Below, in pieces: positions 34,341 to 44,774 of a stretch of 64,000 nt of DNA. Source of the stretch: Aulosira sp. ZfuVER01 (GTDB lineage Bacteria; Cyanobacteriota; Cyanobacteriia; Cyanobacteriales; Nostocaceae); assembly GCA_034530615.2 (NCBI GenBank), contig JAVRCV020000006.1:32001-96000 (forward strand), written 5' to 3'. The notes beneath the pieces were generated by a model that had not been told where the DNA came from, did not search any database, and saw only the letters and a list, made by a program, of their open reading frames with translations. The position numbers were made by a program, and so were the translations under genes. Position 1 is the stretch's first letter, and each line of letters begins with the position of its first letter.

Positions 34341-35315
34341 ATGGATATCAAAAACGGCTTCATCGGCACCGTTGGCAATACACCTCTAATTCGCTTGAAC
34401 AGCTTTAGTGAAGAAACGGGGTGTGAAATTCTCGGCAAAGCAGAATTTCTTAATCCCGGTGGTTCCGTCAAAGACCGCGCTGCACTTTATATTATTGAAG
34501 ATGCAGAAAAAAAGGGCTTACTCAAACCCGGTGGTACAGTAGTTGAAGGCACAGCTGGTAATACTGGCATTGGTTTAGCCCATATTTGTAATGCCAAAGG
34601 CTACAAATGCCTAATTATCATTCCTGATACTCAGTCCCAAGAAAAAATAGACGCACTCACAACACTAGGCGCAGAAGTTCGTCCTGTTCCGGCTGTACCT
34701 TATAAAGACCCCAATAACTACGTCAAGTTATCTGGCAGAATCGCTGCTGAATTAGATAATGCTATTTGGGCGAATCAATTTGATAATTTAGCTAATCGCC
34801 ATGCTCATTACGAAACTACAGGGCCAGAAATCTGGACGCAAACAGATGGTAAAGTCGATGGTTGGGTAGCTGCAACTGGAACTGGCGGTACATTTGCTGG
34901 TGTAGCACTCTACTTGAAAGAAAAGAATCCAGCAATTAAATGTGTTGTTGCTGACCCCCTAGGTAGTGGACTTTACAGCTACATCAAAACTGGTGAAATC
35001 AAGATGGAAGGCAATTCCATCACCGAAGGTATTGGTAATAGTCGCATCACAGCGAATATGGAAGGCGCACCAGCTGATGATGCTATCCAGATAGATGATA
35101 AGGAAGCTTTGCGAGTAGTTTACCAACTGCTGAGAAAAGATGGATTGTTAATGGGTGGTTCTACAGGTATTAATGTTGGAGCAGCCGTTGCCTTAGCAAA
35201 GCAGTTAGGCCCAGGACATACTATTGTTACAATTTTGTGTGATAGTGGTTCCCGGTATCAATCGCGGATATTTAACCACGAATGGTTAGCTTCTAAAGGA
35301 CTTTCAGTAGATTAG
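34341..35315 (+). CDS. cysK: Cysteine synthase
   Basis: [28 protein letters not shown] and EGIG motifs. Confidence 0.92.
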   Translation: MDIKNGFIGTVGNTPLIRLNSFSEETGCEILGKAEFLNPGGSVKDRAALYIIEDAEKKGLLKPGGTVVEGTAGNTGIGLAHICNAKGYKCLIIIPDTQSQEKIDALTTLGAEVRPVPAVPYKDPNNYVKLSGRIAAELDNAIWANQFDNLANRHAHYETTGPEIWTQTDGKVDGWVAATGTGGTFAGVALYLKEKNPAIKCVVADPLGSGLYSYIKTGEIKMEGNSITEGIGNSRITANMEGAPADDAIQIDDKEALRVVYQLLRKDGLLMGGSTGINVGAAVALAKQLGPGHTIVTILCDSGSRYQSRIFNHEWLASKGLSVD

Positions 35316-35446
35316 TCAATTGTCATTGGGTATGGGGCATTGGGCATTGGGCATGGGGTATTGAGTATTTGATTATTTCTCCGCCTCCCCGCGTCCCCCC
35401 GTCTCTTTTCTTTTATCCTCTTCCTCTTCTCTGCGGTTTGTAAAAA

Positions 35447-35779
35447 ATGTCAAATACTGCTCAACCATCACACTCGCCAAGTACAGATCCAGCTTCTTTA
35501 CCAAGATGCGTGCGGGTATGTCAAAACCGCAGTTGTAAAAAACAAGGTGCAGCAGATGTCTTAGCAGCTTTTGCCGCTTTGCCTGTTCCTGATGTGATGG
35601 TTACAGCGAGTAGCTGTTTGGGACAATGTGGTAGCGGGCCGATGGTATTGGTATTACCAGAGATGGTCTGGTATAGCGGAGTTCAACCAAGTGAAGTACC
35701 TCTATTGGTAGAACAACACTTATTAGGTGCGCAAAGAGTCAAGCAGATGCTTTATTATCGGTTTCATCCCCAGGGATAA
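35447..35779 (+). CDS. Thioredoxin-like (2Fe-2S) ferredoxin
   Basis: VCQNRSC...CLGQCGSGP...WY motif set. Confidence 0.85.
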   Translation: MSNTAQPSHSPSTDPASLPRCVRVCQNRSCKKQGAADVLAAFAALPVPDVMVTASSCLGQCGSGPMVLVLPEMVWYSGVQPSEVPLLVEQHLLGAQRVKQMLYYRFHPQG

Positions 35780-35835
35780 AGCTGTTTCAAAATATATAAA
35801 CTCTGCACTCTTTGTTGACTGAAGTGAGGCATCCG

Positions 35836-36762
35836 ATGAATATTCAGCAGCTACGTCAATCATTAAAAATGAAGTGGCTGAGTTACTACGAGCAAAATCG
35901 CCCTTGGTTAGTAAAAATGCGAATCTGGGGTACTTATGATGGTCTGCGCAGGCCTTCATCTGGTTTTATTTTGGCTACTCTGTCGGTTTTAGAACCGCAG
36001 TTCGATCAAATACTTTCTTTTCTGATCGAATTAAATAATAATCCTGACCAAATAGTTACAGCATTGGGTCTTAATTTCAATCCTGACAAAGAGTTAGGTT
36101 CATTTACCAGAGAGCATTTTATAGCTCATAATCATGTTTATAACGCACCTCCAGAAGAGATTCATGATGAACAAGAACCTGTATTATTAGATACTTTTCA
36201 TCCAGAAGTAAATTCTGAATCTCCTACTAAGATCCTACATTTTGAAAAGCCTGCTACGGAACTGGTGCTGCCAAAAATACCGATACCATCGGTTACAGTA
36301 ACTCATGCAGTAGTCCGCGATCGCCAATCTGAATCATCAGTTGCAGTAGCTACTCAGGTTAATCGTGATTGTTCAACCACGATGTTACTGGACGAGAAGC
36401 CATCTGACGAAATGATACTTCAAGACCAACCTGGGCGATCGCTAACAATCCCTACTGAAGTTCCGAACAAAAGCACAATAGTAACTTCGCAAATAAACGC
36501 TGAAATTCCTCATCAAACCCAAACTCTGCTACCCTCAGCAACGGCTACGGCGCTTTCTTCCACCGACACAAATTTGAAATCGCTTGCTGTCACTATAAAG
36601 GTTCCCAGCAATAGTCAACCAATGAAGATGAAATCGCCTGATAGCCCTCATAAGGTCAAGCTTTCACGTAAAACTAATGCTCGTAGTCTAGCTTCTTGGG
36701 TCGATGAGTTTTGTCAAGGCGCTGATTGGGACCCAGCGGAATCTATTTTTATCCACTTTTGA
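35836..36762 (+). CDS. DUF5331-like protein with long low-complexity middle
   Basis: N-terminal LRQSLKMKWLSYY..NRPW...RRPSSGFILATL...LGLNFNPD; C-terminal WVDEFCQG. Confidence 0.65.
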   Translation: MNIQQLRQSLKMKWLSYYEQNRPWLVKMRIWGTYDGLRRPSSGFILATLSVLEPQFDQILSFLIELNNNPDQIVTALGLNFNPDKELGSFTREHFIAHNHVYNAPPEEIHDEQEPVLLDTFHPEVNSESPTKILHFEKPATELVLPKIPIPSVTVTHAVVRDRQSESSVAVATQVNRDCSTTMLLDEKPSDEMILQDQPGRSLTIPTEVPNKSTIVTSQINAEIPHQTQTLLPSATATALSSTDTNLKSLAVTIKVPSNSQPMKMKSPDSPHKVKLSRKTNARSLASWVDEFCQGADWDPAESIFIHF

Positions 36763-36817
36763 AGCAATTTAAAGTAGTTATACCAGTTTGAAAATAAGAA
36801 TACGACAAATATATGAG

Positions 36818-36845
36818 GTAGGGGCGCAAAGCTTTGCACCCCTAC
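36818..36845. repeat. GTAG-type REP-like palindrome
   Basis: GTAGGGGCGCAAAG/CTTTGCACCCCTAC inverted repeat. Confidence 0.7.
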
Positions 36846-36930
36846 AGATGATTGATGTGTAGTACAGAAAGCCGCAGGGTATTAGCCTAGCTGATAGCAA
36901 CTGCGGCTTGCTGCTTTTTAATGACTGGCT

Positions 36931-37173
36931 TTACATCTTACCGTGCTGCAATACTTGTTGAAGATGGCGGCGAATTTCTTGGGCTTGCTCCATATCAGAC
37001 TGCCGCAATTTTTGGAATAACTCTACACAGGGCTGGGAGTTAGCTTCCTGTGCGTCTTTGATGTAAGTGTCGTAAGCCTTAACTGCTTCAGCTTTGTTAT
37101 GCAACACAGTCACAAAATCGTACTCCAGGTTGCTAATCGCTTGTTGAGTTTGTCCGTTACCTGTAGTAACCAT
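36931..37173 (-). CDS. Small helical (ferritin-like half) hypothetical protein
   Basis: GAGGA Shine-Dalgarno upstream; ISNLEYD...KAEAVKAYDTYIKDA...ELFQKL two-helix pattern. Confidence 0.7.
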   Translation of the reverse strand: MVTTGNGQTQQAISNLEYDFVTVLHNKAEAVKAYDTYIKDAQEANSQPCVELFQKLRQSDMEQAQEIRRHLQQVLQHGKM

Positions 37174-37410
37174 AAATTCATCCTCATTTAGGTTTCTAAT
37201 TAATTTCTACTCACCGTAAACGAGGTCTTCATCTTCCCAAAAGCGTAGAAAAAATTACCAAGGCTAGATTGAAGGGATGAGGGAGATGAGGGAGATGAGG
37301 GAGACAAGGAGGACAAGGGGGACAATGAAGAAATAACTAATGACTCTTAGCTCTTGCCTATTGCCTTTTACCAAATAACAAATGCCTAATGACAACTGAC
37401 GAATGACAAC

Positions 37411-37959
37411 TTATGAGAGAGGTTGATTTTCATCACAGCGGCGTGAATATTGGAATTCTAACTGGTTTTGCTTGTCTCTATTTCCTGAATAAGCAATTGG
37501 GCAAAACTTAGTATTAGCACTAATGCAATCCATGTGTGGTGTTTTGGCACATACTATCAGTAGCCCACCCAGAATGAATAATAAGCCACACATTGCTGCT
37601 GTCTGTAGAGAAGAAATTTCTAACGCACCATGAACAACTATTTCTCTGAGGACGGATACAATTGTGACTTCTACCGCTACTCCAACAGAAATACTATGCT
37701 CTTGCAGGTAAACCATGAGCAACCGAAATAGCTCTACCAAAATCAAGACAAATAGTATTTTTGCTGTGACTACTTTGTAGTCTAAAGGCTTTGTAATGGC
37801 AATAAATATGCCCCACAATTGAAGCAACATGACAGCAAATAAACCTAAACATAAGACAATTACAATTAGGTCTTGGAATGCCTCCATGTTGCGAACGATC
37901 GCATGACGATCGAACCAGCGATCGCAAAATAAAAACCGACTTTTGATGCGCTTTTGCAT
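37411..37959 (-). CDS. PsiE-family membrane protein
   Basis: Four TM segments; ILFVLILVELFRLL..YL..H and VTIVSVLREI motifs. Confidence 0.8.
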   Translation of the reverse strand: MQKRIKSRFLFCDRWFDRHAIVRNMEAFQDLIVIVLCLGLFAVMLLQLWGIFIAITKPLDYKVVTAKILFVLILVELFRLLMVYLQEHSISVGVAVEVTIVSVLREIVVHGALEISSLQTAAMCGLLFILGGLLIVCAKTPHMDCISANTKFCPIAYSGNRDKQNQLEFQYSRRCDENQPLS

Positions 37960-38052
37960 GTACAATACCGTTCAGCGATTGGGATAGGTTCAGACCACAC
38001 CAGCGAGTCCACCCAATAACCCTATTGTTGCGCACTGTTAAGGGTTCGCGCC

Positions 38053-39072
38053 TCAGCGAGGTTGGTAATTTAAATTTTGTGCTTGTTGCAACAATTGCTC
38101 GGCATTTCTCGCCCATTGAGGATTACCCTGAGTTTTATATAAGTCTCTGGCATATTGAAATACTTGCGCCGCTTCTGCATACTTTTTTAATTGCATAAAA
38201 ACTAACCCTGCACCGTAATAAGCATTGGCATAGTTAGAGTTGGATGCGGCTGATTTTCGGAAGGATTCTAAGGCTTCTGTTAATTTACCTTTTTGAAACC
38301 AAATTGAACCAAGGTTGTAATGAACTTCGGGATATTTGGGATTAATTTGTAGCGCTTTACTAAAGGCATCTTTTGCTTGATCTATTTTGCCTTGTAATAG
38401 ATAAATTCTTCCTAAATGGTAAGCAGGCTCAGGTGCATTTGGGCTATATTGCATTGCTTTTTTTAAAGATGCGATCGCTTTATCCCAATCTCGTTGCTGT
38501 TCTCTGAGCAATCCTAAGTTATAGTGAGCAAAACCGAGTTTAGAATCTAGTTCTAATGCTCGTTGCAAGTAATCATTTGCTAACTGTAAATTATTACCTT
38601 CTAATAATGAGCCGCCTAAATTCGCAAAAGCGGGAGCAAAATTAGGATCGGCCTGCGTTGCTTGATAAAATGCATCTGCCGCAGGTTGTAATTCTCCAGC
38701 TTGTCTCAATGCTAGCCCTAAATTATAGTGGGCGGCTGCCAATCTTGGATCTAGTTGTGTAGCTTTTCTAAATAAAGCGATCGCATTTTGAACTCTACCC
38801 GCTTGAATTGCTTGTAAGCCTTGATTTAATAAGTCTATGGCAGGTTGAGCAGCAGTTTGTGCCAGTAAGTCTGGTGGAGAGACAGAAAGACTGGGAGAAG
38901 GGTAAATTAGGCTTTCACCAAGCAGAATCAAACTTATCAGTACAGCATAGCGGAAATAATTGTTTCGTTGCAAAATCTTCTGAATTAGGCTGAATTTACT
39001 TCTGCCCTCTGCCTCTTGCCTCCTGCCTTCTTGTACCTTCTTAGCTATATGATATTGATTGAATAATTCCAT
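38053..39072 (-). CDS. Exported/membrane-anchored TPR protein
   Basis: Hydrophobic segment followed by about six to seven TPRs (AHYNLG...). Start uncertain because the N-terminus includes repeat-derived sequence. Confidence 0.85.
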   Translation of the reverse strand: MELFNQYHIAKKVQEGRRQEAEGRSKFSLIQKILQRNNYFRYAVLISLILLGESLIYPSPSLSVSPPDLLAQTAAQPAIDLLNQGLQAIQAGRVQNAIALFRKATQLDPRLAAAHYNLGLALRQAGELQPAADAFYQATQADPNFAPAFANLGGSLLEGNNLQLANDYLQRALELDSKLGFAHYNLGLLREQQRDWDKAIASLKKAMQYSPNAPEPAYHLGRIYLLQGKIDQAKDAFSKALQINPKYPEVHYNLGSIWFQKGKLTEALESFRKSAASNSNYANAYYGAGLVFMQLKKYAEAAQVFQYARDLYKTQGNPQWARNAEQLLQQAQNLNYQPR

Positions 39073-39351
39073 TGCTTTTTGTGACTGGCAACGCTTTCAG
39101 TTAATTTTTCTTCACAAACTGTTTTGAGAAATAGAGTCTTTTAACAAAAATTAAAAATTCTGTATTAAAGTTTGAGTTTATTAACTTTTATTTAACTAAA
39201 TCTTACAACAAACTACGATTTTTCATAACATCGATTAAAGGGAGGATAATAACAGGTTAAAGAGGAGATGATTCTCCTTCAGAGAACCATTTTCTATCCT
39301 TGCATACACAGGATAATGCGGTTAGTGGTGACTTACCGCAAGGGAGGTTTT

Positions 39352-41406
39352 ATGAACGAAAAAGTAAAATCGGGTTCGCGGAACGTTGCAATTGTCGGTC
39401 CTTATTTGAGTGGAAAAACAACTTTACTAGAAAGTTTGTTGTTTGTTACAGGGGCGATTTCCAGGAAAGGCAATGTGAAGGATGGTAACACAGTGGGAGA
39501 TAGTGCGAATGAATCGCGCGATCGCCACATGAGTGTAGAAGTAAGCGCGGCTAGCACTGAGTATAACGACTTGCGCTTTAACTTTATTGACTGTCCCGGC
39601 AGTGTAGAATTTGCCCAAGAAACATACAGCGCCCTCATGGGAGTCGATGCGGCAATTGTAGTTTGCGAACCCATCCGCGATCGCGTCCTCACCCTTGCTC
39701 CTCTGTTTAAATTCCTAGACGATTGGGAAATTCCCCACATCGTCTTTGTTAATAAAATGGACAGGGCAAATATTCATGTTCTCGAAACATTGCACGCCCT
39801 CAAAGCTGTTTCCAGCCGTCCCCTAGTAGCCCATCAATATCCCATCATGCAGGGGGAACAGCTAACAGGCTTTATTGATATGGTCACAGAACAAGCATAT
39901 CAATATCATGCAGGCGCACCAGCTGACCTGATTCCTTTCCCCGAAAATTTAAAAGAAGAAGAACATATTGCGCGGGCAGAAATGCTCGAAGCTTTAGCAA
40001 ATTTTGATGACCACTTATTGGAAGAACTTTTAGAAGATATCGAACCACCCCAAGAAGAAATCCTCAAGGATTTAAAAATGGAATTAGGGGCAGATTTGGT
40101 AGTGCCCGTTTTCTTTGGTGTGGCCGAACAAGATTATGGTGTCAGACCTTTATTAGAAGCTTTGGTACGCGAAGCACCAGAACCCGAAAGCACAGCAGAA
40201 CGTCGTTTAAGCAAAGCAGGCAATACCCCAATTGCTCAGGTATTGAAGACTTACTATACTCCTCAAGGTGGCAAACTCTCCCTAGTCCGTGTTTGGCAAG
40301 GTAAATTAACCGATGGTATTGTCCTCAATGGCATTCGTGCAGGTGGTATTTATCGCCTGATGGGGCAACAACAGCAATCAGTTAATGAAGTTTTAGCTGG
40401 TGAAATTGTCGCTATCAGCCGTTTAGAAGGCGTGAAAACCGGAGATATCCTCTCTACCGATTCCCCGTTGAAACAAGAATTACCCAAAGCTGAACAGTTG
40501 GAACCTGTTTACGCTCTCGCCATCACTCCCGAAAAGCGCAACGATGAAGTAAAACTTAGCAGTGCGATTACCAAACTGTTGGAAGAAGATCCTTCTTTGG
40601 CTTGGGAACAACATGGTGACACCCACGAAGTGATTCTTTGGGGACAAGGCGAAATTCATCTGCAAGTCGCTTTAGATAGACTGCGGCGGAAATATAATCT
40701 GCCGATGACAACCCACCTACCACAAGTTCCTTACAAAGAAACCATCCGTAAACCTGTAGCAGCAGTTCATGGGCGCTATAAGCACCAAAGCGGTGGACAC
40801 GGGCAATTTGGTGATGTTTTCCTCGATATCCAGCCCCTACCCCGTGGCGAAGGCTTCAACTTCCGGGAAACTATAGTTGGCGGCGTAGTTCCCAGACAGT
40901 ATATTCCTGGCGTAGAAATGGGCGTGCGGGAATTTCTGGCACACGGGCCTTTGGGCTTCCCAATTGTGGATGTGTCTGTAACCTTAACCAATGGTTCTTA
41001 CCATACTGTTGATAGTTCCGAACAAGCCTTTAAACAAGCCGCCCGGTTGGCAATGCAAACGGGGATACCCCAAGCCCAACCTACCCTCCTAGAACCGATT
41101 CTCAAAGTACAAGTAACCACACCTAGCGAATTTACCTCGAAAGCGCTGCAACTTCTCAGTGGTAGAAGAGGGCAAATTTTGGGCTATGAAGGCAGAAATG
41201 ATTGGCAAGGCTGGGATAATATTTCAGCTTATTTGCCCCAAGCCGAGATGCAAGACTTTATTGTAGAGCTGCGATCGCTCACTCTCGGTGTTGGTTCCTT
41301 CCACTGGGAATATGACCATCTGCAAGAAGTACCGGAAAAACTCGCTGAACGTGTGATTGCTGGCAATGGCAATGGCCATAGTAATGGCAACGGTAACAGC
41401 AAGTAA
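39352..41406 (+). CDS. Elongation factor G paralogue (EF-G2-like)
   Basis: Divergent P-loop GPYLSGKTT, DCPG, NKMD, GQGEIHL, KHQSGGHGQFG and SYHTVDSSE motifs; GGGAGG SD before ATG 39352. Confidence 0.9.
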   Translation: MNEKVKSGSRNVAIVGPYLSGKTTLLESLLFVTGAISRKGNVKDGNTVGDSANESRDRHMSVEVSAASTEYNDLRFNFIDCPGSVEFAQETYSALMGVDAAIVVCEPIRDRVLTLAPLFKFLDDWEIPHIVFVNKMDRANIHVLETLHALKAVSSRPLVAHQYPIMQGEQLTGFIDMVTEQAYQYHAGAPADLIPFPENLKEEEHIARAEMLEALANFDDHLLEELLEDIEPPQEEILKDLKMELGADLVVPVFFGVAEQDYGVRPLLEALVREAPEPESTAERRLSKAGNTPIAQVLKTYYTPQGGKLSLVRVWQGKLTDGIVLNGIRAGGIYRLMGQQQQSVNEVLAGEIVAISRLEGVKTGDILSTDSPLKQELPKAEQLEPVYALAITPEKRNDEVKLSSAITKLLEEDPSLAWEQHGDTHEVILWGQGEIHLQVALDRLRRKYNLPMTTHLPQVPYKETIRKPVAAVHGRYKHQSGGHGQFGDVFLDIQPLPRGEGFNFRETIVGGVVPRQYIPGVEMGVREFLAHGPLGFPIVDVSVTLTNGSYHTVDSSEQAFKQAARLAMQTGIPQAQPTLLEPILKVQVTTPSEFTSKALQLLSGRRGQILGYEGRNDWQGWDNISAYLPQAEMQDFIVELRSLTLGVGSFHWEYDHLQEVPEKLAERVIAGNGNGHSNGNGNSK

Positions 41407-41438
41407 TCTTGTTGGCATTTTGAATTAAAGTAAAATCA

Positions 41439-41470
41439 ACGCCCTGCGCTTAATTGTGCAGGGCGATTTG
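41439..41470. terminator. Hairpin after the EF-G paralogue
   Basis: CGCCCTGCGC-ttaatt-GTGCAGGGCG. Confidence 0.6.
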
Positions 41471-41500
41471 TTTAATAGATTATGTTAATTCAATTTAATT

Positions 41501-41525
41501 GTAGGGTGGGCATTGCCCACCCTAT
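41501..41525. repeat. GTAG-type REP-like palindrome
   Basis: GTAGGGTGGGCA-t-TGCCCACCCTAT. Confidence 0.7.
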
Positions 41526-41539
41526 GCAGGTTTTGTAAT

Positions 41540-41881
41540 TCAACTACTAGGACGGACAACGCGAATCAACTTACCTATTAATGATTCTTCTTGATTAATT
41601 GTTTCATTAATTCGAGTTGCCATTCGATATCTATCAGTATCATTTGTACAAACAATAATACCCAAATGTTCGGGTGAGCTTCTATGCAGTTTGATAAAAT
41701 CTTGACGATTTAGTGTGATGACAGTTCGATTATCGCTGATTGCAAAGGCTAAAACTTCCTCATCAGGAATACCTAAATTTGCGTTACCAGCTTCCTGTAC
41801 TGTTAAAACATCATGTCCCATTGTTCGTAACAATTCACTCACTTGCTTTGGGAACATTTCATCAGCGTATAAACGCGCCAT
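41540..41881 (-). CDS. DUF5615 PIN-like toxin
   Basis: LYADE, GHDV, DEEVLAFA...R.VITLNRQDF and H.GIIV pattern. Confidence 0.85.
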   Translation of the reverse strand: MARLYADEMFPKQVSELLRTMGHDVLTVQEAGNANLGIPDEEVLAFAISDNRTVITLNRQDFIKLHRSSPEHLGIIVCTNDTDRYRMATRINETINQEESLIGKLIRVVRPSS

Positions 41882-41884
41882 GAT

Positions 41885-42211
41885 TTAAGCAGCCTCATTA
41901 GCACGGATAGCAGCTTCAATTTCTTGAGGATAAGCATCTGCATATATCCAAGCATTAACTAAATCTGCCGCGCTAATATGAGGATAATCTTGCAAAAGTT
42001 GGACTTCAGTAATTCCCAAACGACGTGCTTCAACTAATAGCCAAACTGCAATACGAGTTCCAGCGATACAAGCTTCTCCGCCACAAACACCTGGTGTTTT
42101 AGTAATACCTTTTGCCCCAATGTTGATGCTTTGGGTTAGGCTTTGGATAATTGCCGCTTTTTCTGTTGGAGGTAGTGCTAGGATTTGATTTTCGAGTTCT
42201 TGGAGAGTCAT
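41885..42211 (-). CDS. DUF433 antitoxin
   Basis: TPGVCGGEACIAGTRIAVW...LLQDYP..S.ADL motif; 3 nt upstream of the PIN gene. Confidence 0.9.
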   Translation of the reverse strand: MTLQELENQILALPPTEKAAIIQSLTQSINIGAKGITKTPGVCGGEACIAGTRIAVWLLVEARRLGITEVQLLQDYPHISAADLVNAWIYADAYPQEIEAAIRANEAA

Positions 42212-42326
42212 ACACTAACTAGCGCAATTTGTATTGTATTTATATTGTAGCGGTAGAATTTTATTGCTTCTGTGTCAGATGTAAAGATGGGGAAAGAGCG
42301 ATCGCTTTTAATTTGAGTTACTACTA

Positions 42327-44144
42327 TTACCGTCTAAAACCAATAAGCTGCAAAAACTGTGTCACAGGTTTCATTAACTTTTGCCATTGTAATTTTATGG
42401 ATATTACTCTCTTGTTGTACCAAGCTAGGTAGTCATAAGGTTGAATTTCCATTGCTTTGTCATAGGCGGTGATCGCTTCTTCATTGCATCCTAAATTAAA
42501 TAGCGCATACCCCCGGTTGAACCAAGCTTGGCGATCATCAGGTTGAAATTCCAAGGCTTTGTCATAGCTGGCGATCGCTTCTTCACTGCGTCCTAAATTA
42601 AATAGCGCATTCCCCCGGTTGTTCCAAGATAGGTGGTCATCAGGTTTAAATTCCAAGGCTTTGTTATAGGAGGCGAGCGCTTCTTCATAGCGTCCTAAAT
42701 TAAATAGCGCATTCCCCCGGTTGTTCCAAGATAGGTGGTCATCAGGTTTAAATTCCAAGGCTTTGTTATAGGAGGCGAGCGCTTCTTCATAGCGTCCTAA
42801 ATTCCGTAGCGCAATCCCCTGGTTGTTCCAAGCATCTTGGTAATCAGGTTTAAATTCCAAGGCTTTATCAAAGGATGTGAGCGCTTCTTCATAGCGTCCT
42901 AAATCATCTAGCGCATTCCCCTGGTTTAACCAAACTAGGTGGTCATCAGGTTTAAATTCCAAGGCTTGATCATAGTTGGCGAGCGCTTCTTCATAGCGTC
43001 CTAAATTCCGTAGCGCAATCCCCCGGTTTAGCCAAGCATCTTGGTCATCAGGTTTAAATTCCAAGGCTTGATCATAGTTGGCGAGCGCTTCTTCATAGCG
43101 TCCTAAATTCCGTAGCGCAATCCCCCGGTTGTACCAAGCTAGCTGGTAATCAGGTTTAAATTCCAAGGCTTTATCAAAGGATGCAATCGCTTCTTCATAG
43201 CGTCCTAAATCATCTAGCGCATTTCCCCGGTTTAACCAAGCAACTTGGTAATCAGGTTTAAATTCCAAGGCTTTGTCAAAAGAAGCGAGCGCTTCTTCAT
43301 TGCGTCCTAAATTCCCTAGCGCAATCCCTTGGTTTAACCTAGCTTCGTGGTAATCAGGTTCAATTTCCAAGGCTTTGTCATAGTTGGCGATCGCTTCTTT
43401 ATAATTCTGTCCAGCAGATTGCAATTTTCCCAAATTAATCAGTAAATCACATTGACGAGCGGGTGTTTGATGGTCTTCTGCTATTAATTCTTGAATTACT
43501 AATATTGCTTGAGTTCTTTCTTCTGGTGTTAGGTTGAGATATTTTTCGTCATCTCCATCCTGAATAATGCGTGATGACTCTTGTTCTAAGGTTTCTGAAT
43601 CTATAGGAAATTCAAATAAACCTGAACGCCAGTCAAAAAAATCAGGCGCACGTTGAAGAAAATATTTAATTGCAAATATTGGTAGCAAGAATACAAAACA
43701 AATATTAAAGTTATCCTTAAAGCGTTCTCGCTGTTGATTGAGGTTAATTAAAACAGGCGGTACACCCTTCCAACTGTATGAATAAATATCTCTACTATTC
43801 CACCCCATTAAACTTTTGCATTCTTCATATTCATAAAATGAATGTTCTAGCCCTGTAATAAATAAACAATCTATATTTTCTTTATTAGATAATTTATCAA
43901 TTATTTCGTATAAATTATCAACTGTTTGATCAAGCCGTAAAACCTCAATATTTTTATTGTTAATATCTTCTTTGACTTTGATAATTAAATCTTCACCCTC
44001 AGCCGGAGAGCAACGGATAAATAATAAGCCAAAGCCTTCTGTAAAATTCAGTGTGCGGACTAAGGCTTGATATTCTTCATCTCTTTCTGATGAGAAATCT
44101 TTATCCCAATCAATCATAGGATATGCTCGCGTTTCACTCAACAT
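42327..44144 (-). CDS. TPR-repeat protein with N-terminal degenerate P-loop-like domain
   Basis: N-terminal ..LFITGLE..LNQQRE..RAPDFFDWRSG domain without a Walker A, then nine full and one partial near-identical 34-aa TPRs. Confidence 0.85.
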   Translation of the reverse strand: MLSETRAYPMIDWDKDFSSERDEEYQALVRTLNFTEGFGLLFIRCSPAEGEDLIIKVKEDINNKNIEVLRLDQTVDNLYEIIDKLSNKENIDCLFITGLEHSFYEYEECKSLMGWNSRDIYSYSWKGVPPVLINLNQQRERFKDNFNICFVFLLPIFAIKYFLQRAPDFFDWRSGLFEFPIDSETLEQESSRIIQDGDDEKYLNLTPEERTQAILVIQELIAEDHQTPARQCDLLINLGKLQSAGQNYKEAIANYDKALEIEPDYHEARLNQGIALGNLGRNEEALASFDKALEFKPDYQVAWLNRGNALDDLGRYEEAIASFDKALEFKPDYQLAWYNRGIALRNLGRYEEALANYDQALEFKPDDQDAWLNRGIALRNLGRYEEALANYDQALEFKPDDHLVWLNQGNALDDLGRYEEALTSFDKALEFKPDYQDAWNNQGIALRNLGRYEEALASYNKALEFKPDDHLSWNNRGNALFNLGRYEEALASYNKALEFKPDDHLSWNNRGNALFNLGRSEEAIASYDKALEFQPDDRQAWFNRGYALFNLGCNEEAITAYDKAMEIQPYDYLAWYNKRVISIKLQWQKLMKPVTQFLQLIGFRR

Positions 44145-44162
44145 GCCACAGAGATAAGCTTT

Positions 44163-44774
44163 TCACCCATTGAAATCAAAACCTCTTAATATTTTCTGAT
44201 TTATAAGTTTTGCTAGTTTAGCTTCTATACTTGCATAATTATTTGATACTTCGCGAAAAATTCTTATAACATCGCTAGACTTATTTTGAATATTTTGCAT
44301 TCCACCTTGATCAACAATATATTGCAATCTCGTGAGTAGGTTTTCAATATTATCTAGCTTTCCAAATAATTCACCTGCTTCCGATGTGTCAAGTCCTGGA
44401 AGCTCATTCAGCTTTGTCAAAACCTGGTTACGTTCGATTGGTGCTTGATTTGCAAATACTACTGTAGAACTAGGAATTACAGCTGGTGCAACCGCAGCCA
44501 ACTCAGCCATTTTATCTGCTAATGCTCTTGCAATGGCCACGGATGTTTTGATTTCCGAGTATGATAAAATTAGGGACTTAAGCTGGGGAAATCCAGAGTT
44601 TACTTTATTTTCAAGAGTAACAATTTTATCTTGAAGTTCAGTCAATTTTTTATTTGTAGTAATTTTAAAAAAACCCAATGATAAAACTGCTACTGTATTA
44701 GCAGCATTTTTAATATCTTTAATTACTTCTCTCAACGAACTTAGCAATAAAATTGCATCTTTTATCTGCATCAT
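44163..44774 (-). CDS. Hypothetical helical protein inserted between the NTPase and TPR genes
   Basis: Open frame of ~203 aa; ATG 44774 overlaps the NTPase stop (ATGA); no recognisable motif. Confidence 0.65.
   Translation of the reverse strand: MMQIKDAILLLSSLREVIKDIKNAANTVAVLSLGFFKITTNKKLTELQDKIVTLENKVNSGFPQLKSLILSYSEIKTSVAIARALADKMAELAAVAPAVIPSSTVVFANQAPIERNQVLTKLNELPGLDTSEAGELFGKLDNIENLLTRLQYIVDQGGMQNIQNKSSDVIRIFREVSNNYASIEAKLAKLINQKILRGFDFNG

Noticed and set aside
39352..41406. Canonical fusA
   Set aside because: P-loop is GPYLSGKTT rather than AHIDAGKTT and there is no rpsL/rpsG/tuf context; called a paralogue.
42327..43405. Diversity-generating retroelement target
   Set aside because: No reverse transcriptase or template repeat in the window, and differences between units are not obviously adenine-restricted.
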